A stretch of DNA of 64,000 nt from Schmidtea polychroa (taxonomy: Eukaryota): assembly GCA_044892525.1 (NCBI GenBank), contig CM097888.1, positions 1,674,001 to 1,738,000 on the forward strand, written 5' to 3'. Positions within the stretch are counted from its first letter, which is position 1; each line of letters begins with the position of its first letter. Both the position numbers and the translations under genes were made by a program. This document shows positions 13,460 through 27,855 of the stretch, piece after piece. The notes under the pieces were generated by a model. That model was not told the origin of the DNA, ran no database searches, and saw nothing but the letters and a program-made list of their open reading frames with translations.

Positions 13460-15040
13460 ATTTTTAATTAATTTAAAATTAAATAAAATATTATAAAAAA
13501 ATCAATGCAAAAGATTTAATTTTATAAAATTTATTTAAATATATTTTTTTAATTAAAAATTATTTTAAAAAATTTCATAAAAAAATTAAAAGATCTTATT
13601 TTATTTTTCAAAAAAATATTTAAAAAAACAATAAAATAGAAAAAAAATATATTAAATTATAAATGTAAATTCTTTTTAAAAAAATCATAAAAATTGAATT
13701 AAAAAATATTATATATAATTTTAATTATGTAAAAAATTATTTAAAAAAATAATAAAAATTGAATTAAAAAATATTATAAAAAATTATATATATAAAAATT
13801 TTTTAAAATTAATATATTAAAAATAAAATTAATAAAATTAAAAAATCGATTTTAATAATGTAAAAAATTAATTAAAGATTTTATTTTTAAATTTTAATTA
13901 ATTTAAATGTAAATAAAATATTATAAAAAATTAATGCAAAAGATTAAATTTTATAAAATTTATTTAAATTAATATTTTTAATTAAAAATATTATAAAAAT
14001 TTTTATATAAAATTTAATAAAAGGTTTTATGTAAAAATTATTTAAAATTAATTAAAAAAGAATAAAATAAATTTTTTTAATTAAAAAAAAGAATCATAAA
14101 AGATTTTATTTTTAAATTTTCATTATTAAATTTTTTTTAATTAATTTAAAATTAATTAAAATATTATAAAATATCAATACAAAAGATTTAATTTTGTAAA
14201 ATTTATTTAAATATATTTTTTAATTAAAAAATATAAAAAAAAATTATTTAAGAAAAAATTAAAAATGTATTAAAAATATTATATATAATTTTAATTATGT
14301 AAAAAATTATTTAAAATATAATAAAATTTATTGTTTTGATTATTAAAAAGTAAAAAATAAATAAATATTATTAAAAGATTTAATTTTAATTATTTTAAAT
14401 TTAATTAAAATTAAATAAAAATGTATTAAATTATAAATGTAAATTATAATTCTTTTTATAAAAATCATAAAAATTGAATTAAAAAATATTATAAAAAATT
14501 ATAAATAATTTTACTTATGTAAAAAATTAATAAAAGATTTTATTTTATTTTTAAAAAAATTTTAAAAAAAGAATAAAATAGAAATAAAATTTATTAAATT
14601 ATAAATGTAAATTCTTTTTATAAAAATCATAAAAATTGAATTAAAAAATATTATAAAAAATTATATAATTTTAATTATGTAAAAAATTATTTAAAATTAA
14701 TTAAAAAGAATAAAATTAAATTTTTAATTATTAAAAAGTATAAATAATATATAAAAAATTAATAAAAAATTTTATTTTATTTAAAAAAAAATCAATTTTA
14801 ATAATGTAAAAAATTAATTAAAAAAACAATAAAATAGAAATATAATTTTAATTATGTAAAAAATTATTTAAAATTAATTAAAAAGAATAAAATTAAATTT
14901 TTAATTATTAAAAAGTATAAATAATATATAAAAAATTAATAAAAAATTTTATTTTATTTAAAAAAAAATCAATTTTAATAATGTAAAAAATTAATTAAAA
15001 AAACAATAAAATAGAAATATAATTTTAAATTTTAATTAGA
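13460..15040. repeat. Extremely AT-rich low-complexity region with internal duplications
   Basis: Almost all A/T; recurring blocks such as AATTATGTAAAAAATTATTTAAAA; near-exact duplication of about 14650-14840 at 14830-15020. Confidence 0.8.
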
Positions 15041-15402
15041 TATGATTGGTCAGTGATATTCCCGTTAGATGAGTAACGCAACTCGGGTACCGAATGGTTA
15101 TGCAAATGAATAATGCAGACAGACAGACAGTGAATCAACACGGTATCTATGGCAACAAGCTCGCATGCAAGGCACTCTCTCTCTCCCTCTGCATGCACGC
15201 ACTCTCACTGCTTGCTCAGCTGCAACACACACACACACACACAGAAACACACACAGAAACACACGAGCGGGTACCGATTGCCATTGATTATTGGAATTCC
15301 GCTGCAGCCCGCAAATAAATCAATAATAAGATAATTTGCCCCGCGGTTACCCGAAAAATCACCGATTAATCCCCCCGCTGCCGCCACCAATCAAATGCTT
15401 AC

Positions 15403-16582
15403 CGGCTCCTCCTCTACATTCTCGCTATTGCCTGCCCTCAAGGCCCGTTGCGGTGGTGGCAAACTCCTCCGTTCTGCAGCTCGTTTCGCTATTTTCTCTC
15501 GCATTTCCTGCTCCTCTTTCTCCGCTGCAAATATCGAAACAAATAAATTATCGATTGAAAAGAGAATCCGTAACAAAATCGCACCGTTATAAATCCGTTC
15601 CTGATGAGACCGCAATTTCCTGAGCTGCCCACTCGCGATTGGCTTCAGCGAGGCACCCGGCAAATCGATTGTCACAATTGTAACCTTGACACCGGGGAAT
15701 ATATGAGACAGTTTTGTGCGGCTGAGAAACTTATTGTCGACAAATTCATCGCGGATTTCTTTGATTTGGGCTTTCATTTGAACCGGCGGCAAAACTTGCC
15801 CGGTCCGCTTGGATCCCTCGAGTATTTGCTGCTGGTTAGATTGATCGAGAAACACAAATCGATATCCTTCAGCTTGATAGAACAATTGGAATTTTTCTTT
15901 CATATTTTCATATTCAATTAAATTAAATGTATCCTCTAAAATCTCACAATTTTCCTCTATTTCACTTTTATTTACAACTTTAATTTCTTCTTCGAAATGT
16001 TTCAATTCGCTCGTTAAATGAGATAATAATTTCTCCAGATTATTTCGTTGCTCTTTCTCAATTTTTAATTTCTTTTTCAATTTATATTTAATAAGATTGA
16101 GATCATCGATAATATCTTGAAAAGAATAATAATCTTTTTCAGTTACAATGCTGAGAAATTTGCTAATTGAATTTTCAAGTTTCGGTAAATTGTAATCTTT
16201 ATAACTAGATAAAAAATGGGCGAATCTTGGGCAAACATTTTGATTGCCTTTAACCAGTAGACTTAGTTTAATATGTTCTCCTATTTTCGGTACCTTTTGT
16301 TCGTGAAACTCGACACGTTTTAAGGAATTTATATCAATTTCAATATCTTTACACATTGGACATAAAGCGCGCTTTGATTTGTTGACATCAAAAATACTTA
16401 AAATGCAAGACAGACAAAAAATATGACCACATCGATCCATTCGTGCTAATATTATTTCATCGAAACATATTGTACAAACTTTGGATTCATTAGTAAAACA
16501 GATAATTTTAGATACACTAGTCCATGAGAAATCTTGAATATTTCGCAATGACTTGTATTTTTCGTAAATGCATATTGTACAT
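15403..16582 (-). CDS. RNF10: RNF10/Mag2-family RING E3 ligase, internal exons (gene continues both ways)
   Basis: C3HC4 RING CTICFDEIILARMDRCGHIFCLSCI...CPMC, preceded by W(TSV) as in RNF10 VNWDFV; later FYQAEG..VFL and KLSHIF..KVTIVTIDL match RNF10 FYQAEDGQHMFL and YLSHLP..EF..CEL.L. In-frame 60-nt GT..AG intron at 15525-15584, donor GTAAGC at 15402, acceptor at 16583. Confidence 0.7.
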
Positions 16583-17072
16583 CTAGATAAAAGCTTTTAT
16601 AAAAGTTTCAATAATTAAATTATTACCTATTTTGAATGAAAGCAAGTCTATGATTTATTTTATAATCCATTTTGTATTTAATCCTAATTTAATATGTAAA
16701 TATGTATATTATATAAACAAAGAGTTTTTTATTGAATAATTTTATAATAAAAAGAAATAATCAGATTTTTTAATATTTTGGCGAAACTAAAAAATTATAT
16801 AAATATATCTTTATATTTCAAATAAAATTATTCTGATCAAAATTCTACAAAATGAATTTCTTGTTGAAATTGACCTATTTGTTGAGATATTTAGAATTTT
16901 GCAGCTTCAGTGAAATATTTAAAGAAAGTTTTTCAACTTTACCTCTAAATCTTAGAAATATAACAAAGTTATAATTTCCAAAATATACTTGGTGCGTTTG
17001 CTAATTAAAATTACTTTGTGAAGTTGAAAAAATTTAATTATTTAATTTTTATAATTATAGAATGTGTTCTAT

Positions 17073-17300
17073 CATCCGGGGAGCCGATTCAAACTCAGCC
17101 ACTAAATAAAATGTCTATTTAAACATGATGAATTGCAATATCAATCATTTAATAAAGTCTGTATATATATTTCAAACTAATGTATGATAGAACGGAAAGT
17201 TACGGGGACAAGTCAGGTGCCGCCAACGCTGTCGTTATTTAGGCCAAAACAGCTGGCTTGTTCTAATTTTTTCTGAAATACCCGACGAGAATTGTGATAT
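17073..17300 (-). mobile_element. Possible Tc1/mariner-type transposase end and TIR fragment
   Basis: Decayed minus-strand PDLSP motif followed by a TIR-like end (CCGGGGAGCCGATTCAAACTCAGCCACTAA); no partner TIR found. Confidence 0.3.
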
Positions 17301-17787
17301 AACTTTCCTGGAATGACATCATAGTGCCATTTTCTTTGAGTAGGTGGAGTTGAAGTTAATTGAGGTGAACCTCTTCTATAAAATAAACTTCCAATTGATA
17401 TAATAGAAAATGACATCAACATTCGTCCTAATTTATTTTTGAGCTGACAAAGAAGGCCAAATGTCACAAATAAAATCATTATGAATATAAACTGCTTTTT
17501 AAATAAATAAATTTTGATTCTGCCAAATTTTTATGAGGGATTTTTGAATTTAGATACTGGTGTATTTTACTAATGACAAATTTGTATGTAAAACATTAGA
17601 CAAAATGAATACACATTGGTAAAAATAATTAAACAATATATAATTTATTCAGATGTTTCGTGCTTCGAATATTTGTTTAAAATTTCTTTCTTCTTGACAC
17701 AATCTTCACCTAAAATGTCAATTGGATACCGAGTACTAACAACTAGGTACTAACAAGATATATAAAATTATCAACATAATACCGGTT

Positions 17788-18650
17788 ACCAACTACCAGC
17801 TATTAAGTATTTATAACTAGGCAATAACAACCAGCTACCGACAAATTTATCTTAAATACTGATTATTCAAGTTAATTCAAGATTACACATTTTTCTTTCC
17901 ACTAAAAGGTACAAAACAATCAAGAATGACAATTTTACAATCATTCCCAACATTTATAATTGCTGATTTCCTCGACATCATAATTAATAAACTGTAAAAT
18001 AAAGAAAGATTATGTATAAATAACATGGCGGATTCATAGCTGCATTGATTATTTTCATTATCTCTCAATTACCTTTATATCAGACCCCAATATCAGTCTG
18101 GCACCAATCATTTCTCATTCATTCAGCACTTCCTATGAGGTTCCAATGAGTATCTATTCAAATAAATCTGAAGCATTAAAACAAATAAATAAATAAAAAC
18201 AATTCATTAATCAGGTGAAATCAATAAAAGCAAAGCATAAATTAAAGGAAAATGTTCAAGATTTAAACAAGGAGCAAAGTGAAATATAAATTAATAAAAT
18301 CAGTTGAAATAAAGTTGCATACGAGAAATGATCTCAGCGTTACAAAGAGGACAAACAAACAGTTGATCAGAACAATCCCCACATAGCAAATGCCCACATT
18401 GCAGCGCAATATTTACAACATTATCCATACAAATGTTGCATAGCTAAATTGGGAAATATTAATAATAATAATAATGATAATAAATTATATTTTACTGGGT
18501 TCTCCTTTTCCATGTTCAAATTTGTGAGGCGTTTCCTGTAAAATTCCTCAACATCTGCCTTGATATTCCTATCCCTCATGCGTCAAGTATCCGCCTGCCG
18601 CGAGATGTTACCATATTAATATCACCACCTAAGGAAATTATTGTCCGAAT
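17788..18650. repeat. Direct repeat, copy 1 (3' end and 3' flank of the ankyrin gene at 20424-21791)
   Basis: Highly similar, with a few indels, to 19770-20651. Confidence 0.9.
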
Positions 18651-19769
18651 TAAAAGGACTGCGGTATATATGGTTTGGACGACTTGGAATTTAACCAAAT
18701 ATTTTAAATTGATAATATATTAAATATTATTAAATCATTTTATCGATTTTTAATATTCGCGGTAATGGTAACTAAATTTGTCTTCTGTGGAAATTCGATT
18801 TGGTAATGCTAAAATTCAAATAAAATAATTGTTATAAACAGTACAAGCTTTGTGCTAACCTGTGCAATATCCAATAGTAGACTTGTTTCGAGCTCTTGGC
18901 TTTCATTGTTGGGCGTTTCTCGAAAAAATCATATGATTAAAACAATGGCCACTTGGAAGGTGTAAGTAATGGTCAGGTATCAAGGTTGTTGAGGAAAAGT
19001 CGAATGAAGTTATTCTGGAGTCTCTAGAATTCGTCTAACGATTATTTCAAAACTACAACTCACTCATGATGAAAATCATGTTTGTAATGTGCGAGGTCGG
19101 CGAAATCTGTAAAGCAGGAGAGCCCCTGAGTTAGTACTGTTCTTCAATAGTTGTTCTGAAAGGGTTGAAGGACTTACGTCGGATAATACAGTCTCTATTC
19201 TCCTAGAGGTCCTAAAGGAGTTGGCAATACAGAGTAAAGGAAAGTAATATGAGCACGATGGTGTATGCATGGTTATCAGGAGTATCAAAATGAACATTCT
19301 GTAGACATAAGTTATAAATAACTACATGAACATTTATTTCTCAGAAACGAAACTGTCCTAACAATCGTTTCATTCATTTACATGGGTTCTGCCCAAAAGC
19401 TTACCGCTTCGGCTTCTGCCAACAGATAGTTGAGATCGAAATCAGTTACCAAGGTAAGCAGACGGGTGGAATCATTCGAATGCTATTAGTTTGTTTCGCA
19501 TTTTATCTGCGAGGGCGTCTGCTTCGTCTCGTGCGTTTCCTCTTTGTTCGTTCAGATCGGGAAATCTGATGCTGTTTAGGTCGAGTGAGGACGGGTTGCG
19601 TTGTTGGAGTAGCGGTTGCGGACTGAGAAGAAATCGGAGCAACACTGATTCCGGTGATGACGACATTCAGTGCAGCGAGGCTCTTAGAAGAAGCTGTACA
19701 GCCCGCGCATGCGAGCCGAGAGTCACTCAACACATTAGACACACTCCCATCACACTTTATGGTGAACGA

Positions 19770-20651
19770 ACCAACTACCAGCTATTAAGTATTTATAACT
19801 AGGTAATAACAAACAGCTACCGACAAATTTATCTTATATACTGATTATTCAAGTTAATTCAAGATCACACATTTTTCTTTCCGCTAAAAGGTACAAAACA
19901 ATCAAGAATGACAATTTTACAATCATTCCCAACATTTATAATTGCTGATTTCCTCGACATCATAATTAAAATTACATATGGAAAAATAAATATTACCAAT
20001 GCAAGAAAAGAAATTTTGAAAAGCACAAAAAACCGTTAATAAACTGTAAAATAAAGAAAGATTATGTATAAACAACATGGTGGATTCATAGCTGCATTGA
20101 TTATTTTCATTATCTCTCATATACCTTTATATCCGACCCCAATATCAGTCTGGCACCAATCATTTCTCCTTCATTCAGCACTTCCTACGAGGTTCCAATG
20201 AGAATCTATTCAAATAAATCTGAAGCATTAAAACAAACAAATAAATAAAAACAATTGATTAATCAGATGAAATCAATAAAAGCAAAGCATAAATTAATAA
20301 AATCAGTTGAAATAAAGTTGCATACGAGAAATGATCTCAGCGTTACAAAGAGGACAAACAAACAGTTGATCAGAACAATTCCCACATAGCAAATGCCCAC
20401 ATTGCAGCGCAATATTTACAACATTATCCATACAAATGTTGCATAGCTAAATTGGGAAATAATAATAATAATAATGATAATAAATTATATTTTACTGATC
20501 TCTCCTTTTCCATGTTCAAATTTGTGAGGCGTTTCCTGTAAAATTCCTCAACATCTGCCTTGATATTCCTATCCGTACATGCGTCAAGTATCCGCCGGCC
20601 GCGAGATGTTACCATATTAATATCACCACCTAAGGAAATTATTGTCCGAAT
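19770..20651. repeat. Direct repeat, copy 2
   Basis: Matches 17788-18650 from ACCAACTACCAGC to ATTGTCCGAAT. Confidence 0.9.
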
Positions 20652-21791
20652 ATTTGACATCAGCTTTCTTTTGGAATTTGCCTAGAAATCAATAAATATT
20701 CATAAAGCACAAATCAATCAATCAATACATTTGTGCAAATCGATATTTTCTCCAATAATTCTGTCAATGCAGTCCTCCCATCATCATCTTCATTATCTAA
20801 TCCTTCTGATTCAGGAATTATATAATCAATCAAATCAAACCCCTCCATTTCAATCGCTACTTGGAGAGGGGTTTGATTTCTTTTGTTCCTAAGGTTGACA
20901 AATTTCAATTTATTTATTGAATCGAGAAGTTTCCAAGCATATTCAATTTTATTTTCTTTCATCAAGACTGTCAACAAAGTTTCCTCATTTTCTATTTCAT
21001 TGGGTTGCGAAATTTCTATTTGAATGAGGTGATCAAATATCTCGATGCCATCGTTATCAGCAGCTTTGCGAAGGAGCCTTTCCAAAATTGATTGCTGGAA
21101 TTCGGAACTGGATTTGTCGAAGAGAAGTTTTATTAATTTGGGCTCAGCTTTGTCCAATGATTGAAATGTTTCATTTGTAATATTCGAAGATAGGAAATGG
21201 TCTGGCAAAAGCCTTACTAATCTTTCTCCATATTCAAACCAATGATTCATGAAAGGTAATTGGAAATCTTGCGGAGAAAAATTGCTGAGGTGGGGATTAT
21301 TTGATACAAGTGCAAGCATTAATCTGATCATAAATTATGATTTATTATTTACAAGATAAATACAATATTCACTTTTCACTCCCAATAATTGATGCAGATT
21401 GAAAGGCACTGATTTCATTGGCTGATTTAGCATTGACATCAGCGCCACTTTCAGTTAGTATGTTTGTTATATCGATCATTTTATTCAGCTTCTAGGAAGG
21501 ATATTACAAGCAAATGTAAATATTTTTGATTACTTCATCATTTATATTTATTTCAATTTCACTAAACATTGCAATCAAAGGCGACATTCCTAAATTGTTG
21601 ATGGAGTTGACCTGGGCACCAGCATTAATTAGTTTCCTACACAGATCAGGCTGCAAACATTTTACTGCCATATGGAGCAAGGAATTTCCATTTCCATCAA
21701 GTACATTTGAATTGCTTGAATTGAGCCTTTCAAGAAAGCATGGCCAAAGAGTCGCATTATATTTCATTGATAGCGTTAGGGCATTTTCCAT
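20424..21791 (-). CDS. Multi-exon ankyrin-repeat protein gene
   Basis: ANK motifs DGNGNSLLHMAVK, GAQVNSINNLGMSPL, GADVNAKSANE, NKRNQTPLQVAI, DDGRTAL; the ORF-track pieces join via 42-nt (GTAATC..CCTAG) and 49-nt (GTGAAT..ATCAG) introns. 5' end not resolved. Confidence 0.75.
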
Positions 21792-22929
21792 ATGAGAAAG
21801 TGAAATTAATGATTTGGTAAATGGAATAGCTAGAAAATATTCAAATAAATGTAATTAAATTGAAATTATTTCTAGTTAATTGACTGGAAATATTTTTAAC
21901 CCCCCAGAAATATTAAAATATATTTATTGTGAATATCGATAAATGTGCTTTGATCAATAATATTCAATTAAATGTTTCCAAGATCTTTGTGCTGATTGAA
22001 CACCAAATGATTCATTCTCATTGTTCCTGGAAGGTCTCTCCCAACTCTGGCCTGACTCTGATGGAGCATTTGGTCAGCCACAAAGGTTCAAGGATCATTT
22101 GACAGGTTTTATTGATGAAATTTAAAAGCACAGTATAATATTTGAAACAAGAATTTTTGTTTTTGTTTTACACAAGTGCATAAGTGATGCGCATAAGACA
22201 AATATTTATTATTTATTATTGCCAATTCAGAAATCAATAACTGCAATGTAATGACAATATTGATAAAGTAAACATTAATTTATTGAATTTTAACTCTGGC
22301 ACTTTTCATATTGATGAGATCGATTGATATAATTGAAATTGAATAAATATTAATTCAATGATTGTGAGAATATAATTTAATTAATTAATTAATTAAATAA
22401 ATAAAAGTATATAAATATGTTGCGGATTGATTTGGTGTGCAAATTCCTGATGCTTACATTACTCGACGCTGAGTAAATATCCTAGTGGAGTTTTGCTTAA
22501 AGATCGAAAACAAATTGCATTGTTTTTTAAATGTTCAAACCTTAAGTGATATTGAATATAACCGGGGAGGCCTAAATGGTTATCAATTTCAATATAGGGA
22601 TAAAATGAAATAATTTACAATTGGTATAATATAAATCATGAAATCTTACTTCAACATATCTCACATAGTCAGCTCCCTTGATAACGAGATTGGTAGAAAC
22701 ATTTCTCATGCCTCGAATCACAGCAGAGTGCAGACCAGTCAATCCCATCTATATCTCACATATATATATATATATTCAATCAATAATCAACAAATCTCAC
22801 AAATCCAATCTGATCAATATCAATTGCCTTATCAATCAAATATTGACAATTCTCCTCCACCCCACTGGCAATCGCCTCATGCAATGCAGTTTGCAAATAC
22901 TAAATAATATCAATTCCATTAATATCAAT

Positions 22930-24230
22930 TATTTCTCTCCTGACTTTGTTTTGTGTATTTGTTTCAAGCTGATGTTTCTGCATTGCTTTTATACATTTTG
23001 AATGATGCAAGGAATGAGCTAATGCTAGAGCTGTTCCGAATGTCTACAAATCATTTCTGATTTTATCATATTTATATGATTATATTAACTACTTCATTAT
23101 TGCAATTTATATCAACAACATTCGGATGGTCAAGGATATATTTCACTATATCCGGATCATTGTCACATATTCCGCTGTGCAATATTGTGAAATTCACCTA
23201 GATAATTAATCAAATTAATTATTAATTTTCTATATCATTTTCATTCACTTTCTGTCTTGATTCCAACAGAATCATTCTATCTGATATTTCTTCTTCTATT
23301 TCGTGAAATCCTTTTTCCTTTGCTTTAATCATCGCATTTTCCCATATCTGAATATAATCAATCAACACAAATATTAATTGATAATTTATTAATAATTCTA
23401 TATTTAATTATATTTAATCTGTAAATCAATAAATATTCCAATCAATAAACCAAATAATTATTTCCTCACCGATTTATCATAAATAGTTTTCTTCATGATT
23501 TCATCAATAAAAATACCACAACCTTTCTCGGCAGCAAGTTCCAGAAATGATGGCCACATCTAATCAATATCAATAGCAAGGCAAAATAATCAATTTAATA
23601 TTACCATTCCACAATTTCCATTGATCACCTCAGCCGTTTTGAATTTTTTGAATCCTTCCACGTGCTTATAAATAACGCAGCGATAAAGCATGCACTAGAA
23701 TTTATTAATTTGCTTATCCAATTATTACACTAACTTGTTTCATTAGATTTGCATTTCTGACATTATTTCTATTCATTTCTGTCATGAAATCATTGATTTC
23801 CTATTGGTGAGAATATTATATTATTATATCAATCAATAAATCAATCAATCACTTTATCATTGATTGGTTTATTGATAATATTTTTAATGATCCGATCAGC
23901 ATTATTTTCGAATAGAATTTCCAGAAAACAAAATCCAGTCTAAATGCGAATTTAAACCAATCAAAACTTTATAAATTTACATAAAAATTTTGTGCAATAA
24001 AATTGCAAGATTTGTATAAATTTTCGAATTCGATTGGATCATTCCGTCTAATAGCAGCGAGAAACTAAATAAATATTTATTTATTTTCTGTATAAATAAT
24101 TGAGACTTTTAATAATTTGGCTCCGTTGGATAATAATTCAACACAATCCTTGCGGTTACCCACCCTTGCATAATCCAGGGCAGTCTGTCCATACTAAATG
24201 AACAAAGAAATCAATAATATCCCAATTTAC
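22930..24230 (-). CDS. Exons of further ankyrin-repeat gene(s)
   Basis: Minus-strand translations FTILHSGICDNDPDIVKYILDHPNVVDINC, FGTALALAHSLHHSKCIKAM and YGQTALDYARVGNRKDCVELLS, separated by short GT..AG introns. Boundaries not fully resolved. Confidence 0.55.
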
Positions 24231-24263
24231 ATTGCATTTATATAAAATTAGTAATTATACCTG

Positions 24264-26836
24264 CACTGGCGTAACTAATGCCTTCAGCGCCCAGGCCAAG
24301 TAAAATTTTCGCCCATTTAATTGCAATTTTTATATTTTTTACATGCAAATAATCAAAAGATCAAACTAAATTTTATGATCTGTTTTACAATTTATATTGA
24401 ATTGAAAAAAATTAAAGAAATTTATATTTTACCAATAAATCCATTTTAAACAGTATTTATTTTATAATTTTGTTTTGTCTTTGAATCGCTTTGTCACACG
24501 CCGGACATTTTTTGTATTTGAATACCCCATTCAGTACACTTTGCTTTCACCAGCTTTGATTGATTGTGGACATAAAATTTCTCTAATTTCTTGCATATGT
24601 GCACTCAATCCTTGTAAATCATCTGATGCATCTTTGAAATTCATTTTTGGATCTTGTAAACGTTTTTGTACACGATCAATTTCCCCAAGAACTTCATACC
24701 AGAAATTAATCAAAACAAGACATTAGAAAACCACCAAGATTCAAGCTATGGTTGTCACGGCTTACAAAAACAGCACGAGGATTCAATGTAGAAATTCTTT
24801 GCTGCAATCCAGAAATTTGCCCTGCCGCAACAGCTGCATTGTCATAGCATTGAGGTCGACAGTCAGAAAGTTGTAATCCTTTAATGAAGCTATAATAGTA
24901 TTTTCAAGTGTTTCGGCGTCTTTCCCTGTCAGTTCAATGAAGCGTAAAGATGTTTCTTTAATTTCAACAGATTTCTTTTCATACTCGAATTCAACATATC
25001 GAATAACTCCAGAAAATTGTTGACGATGTTGCAAATCAGGAGTAGGATCAAAAATTACGCCATAATATTTATTTTCCTTAACATTCTCGCGTATGTCATT
25101 GCGAACTGTGGTAGCCATGATGTGAATAAATGCATTTTGTATGGCTGGTGATAAATAAGATACGGATCCAGCATATAACCCCGTATATTCCACCTGCCTT
25201 GCCAAAGGTGGATCATATTGTGCAATTATTTGTGAGAGTGCCAAAATATTTCAATCATTTCTTTCTGCATTCAAGAAATAAAGCCAAATTTTGTGATGCT
25301 AAAAATTTAATGCATGAAAGAAATCTTTTTAAAATTTCTCTCCATTGTTTTTATTCTATCAGAAATTCTGTTTCTAATGCATTACCGATTCAAGTTATCC
25401 TCCAGCTTCTTTCCATGCCGTAAAATCATTAAGATGACCAAAACCATTTTCATGATCATTCACTCCTTCAGAATGCTTGCAATCCCTAAATCCCCCTGGT
25501 GATGAAAATGCAGTCTTACAACTTTCATTGTAAACTAATAAACAATAAAAGCCTTTATGAGTCCCTTTATGAGTCCCTTGAACACCATTGGCTAATTTTG
25601 TCTTAACCCATGACCATGTAATGTGCCGCATGTCCATCATGCGTTGCAAACTTCCTTTATTGTTACGAAACAAGATTGAGCCACGCAACGCAATTTCGGT
25701 TGTGAGCTGTTGCGAAATGATTGGAAATGAATCAAAACCTTCATGAAATCCTAAATAGCCAAAAGCATTGAATATTGGAAAGCACATTTGGAATATTTCC
25801 TAAACTTATCGCATGATTGGAATTAATATTATAATCCACCATATCATTTCCAGCGCTCATTTCTTCACTTTTTTGTAATCTGTTTTTGATTTCAAGCATT
25901 TCATTATCAAATTCTGTTTTGTTTTCATTTCCCTCAATATTTTCTTTTTCTTTATTACATTTCCCTCAATATTTTCTTTTTCTTTATTTCATTTCCCTCA
26001 ATATTTTCTTTTTCTTTATTTCATTTCCCTCAATATTTTCTTTTTCTTTATTTCATTTCCCCCTTCTACATTGCTTGACTTTTTATCTTCGTTCTGTAAG
26101 ATTTTCGCTTTCCTGCTATATTGTGCTCAGAGGTGCCACTAAGAGAGTGCAGGCCGCACCGAGTGACACCATCCAAAGGTGACACCAATTTCTTAATTTG
26201 TCACCAAAATGAAAAAAACATTTATTTTTGTGAAATTTAAAAATACTGTATCGATCATTTCCATTCTGAACGCCAGACCAGATCAACAGCGATCAAGGAA
26301 GTAGCATATATGTTTGAGGCTTTTCAAATCAGGAGTCTCCTATCAGCAACTGAAGAAGAGTTGCTGGTGTCAGTTACCAAATTGACCACTTTCTATGATG
26401 ACTTATCCAAAGATGAGATTTTAAAGGAAATACCAAGGCTGAGAAGACATATGAAGGCAGATATTGATTTACAAAACGCCAAAGACTGGGCAATATTTGA
26501 TCTGAAATTCATAGCTGAATGGGACTTTCTTGAATTTCTCCCAATACTCTCACTGAGCCTATAACTGTGCTCCACTTAGTTCACGTTTTGGCAATGTTTT
26601 CATAAAATTTAAAATAATAAATGTGTTAAGCAACATTCAAAATAAGGTTTCCATTTAAACAAAATCAAACCGCGTTAGATAAAAACTTGTATACAACAAT
26701 TGTTTAATGAAAATTTTTTACTAAATTTCTTTAACTAAATCTTTTGTAAAATAAAATTTATGAAGTCATTTTGGCGCCCCAGAAATTGCGCGCCTGACAC
26801 AAATGCTCCGCTTACCCAGCCCTAGTTACGCCACTG
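24264..26836. mobile_element. Mosaic, decayed hAT transposon(s)
   Basis: 14-bp TIRs CACTGGCGTAACTA / TAGTTACGCCACTG (13/14). Minus-strand transposase fragments YLSPAIQN..YGVIFDPTPD..QFSGVIRYV (DUF4371-like, 24783-25244); plus-strand C-terminal fragment 26310-26564; another hAT-like terminus at 26128 (CAGAGGTGCCACT..GTGACACC). No TSD seen. Confidence 0.8.
25915..26060 (-). repeat. 33-bp tandem repeat (about 4 copies) in the hAT relic
   Basis: Unit TTTCATTTCCCTCAATATTTTCTTTTTCTTTA-like; reads as KKENIEGNE repeats on the minus strand. Confidence 0.7.
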
Positions 26837-27855
26837 AAATTGATTTATCATATAATTAGCACAAAATCGATTGATAAATGATTTGTGATCGATTTCTGTC
26901 AATATTATCAGAAAGGCAAAATGATGATTTGATAGCAATTATTATGTGACCGATTCATCTGGTAATGATTTCAGGACTGCCGGGGAGGGGAGGGGGTTGC
27001 TTATGGTTTCATGCGGCGGTCAGCCATTCCCTGCATAATTATAACTATGAGCAGCAAGGATGATATCCAAATGATTGCCATCTGCAGTTGCAAGCTGATT
27101 GGAGGGAATTAGGTCAGTGAAACTGCTGGATTGGTTTTAGGCTTGTATCAATGGAGGAGCTACAGAATTGAGATTGAGTAGAGATTGACATTGCCAATGT
27201 TGACATTTGGATGCCAATCTGTTGCAAGCATTTGGAATGTTCTCCTGTCTCCTGTGAATCAATGCTTGAATGGATTTGGCTAGTGGCAGGCTGACAGGCC
27301 TAGGAGCAAGCAAAGTGGGATGTATGATGAGTTGAGCTGGTGAAATATTCAATCTATTATGATGCCTTTCATTGCCAAGCATTTCATGGCTTCACACAAA
27401 CCAGCAGTGAAGAAATTCCAAATATTGCGCGCCTGATGGCTCATAGAAACCAGATAAAATAATCACATTACAGTTACAGATTTTCATTGGCCACAATTCT
27501 ATTGAATGCGATCCAATCAGATGATTTCTTTCTTTTCCATTTGCAGCGATTAAATGCCGAATGGATTGCAATCTTGATGAAATGTATAAATAATCTCATT
27601 GGTCACCTCCACCTGAGAGCTCATCTGCATCCATTGAATAAATGGAAATGCTGTGACCGCCGCCGCCATCGCCATCAAATGCAGCTGTAATATAGAAAGA
27701 GAAATATCCAAAAGGATTTCTAATTTCCTCAGATTTCCTCATGAAATTTCTCCCAGTTCCTTCAATTCTCCCATTCCAATTATTGATTAATTAAATTATT
27801 TATCAAAATGCACAAATTTGTTTTCATTTGATTAGCAAAATATGAAATATTTTAC

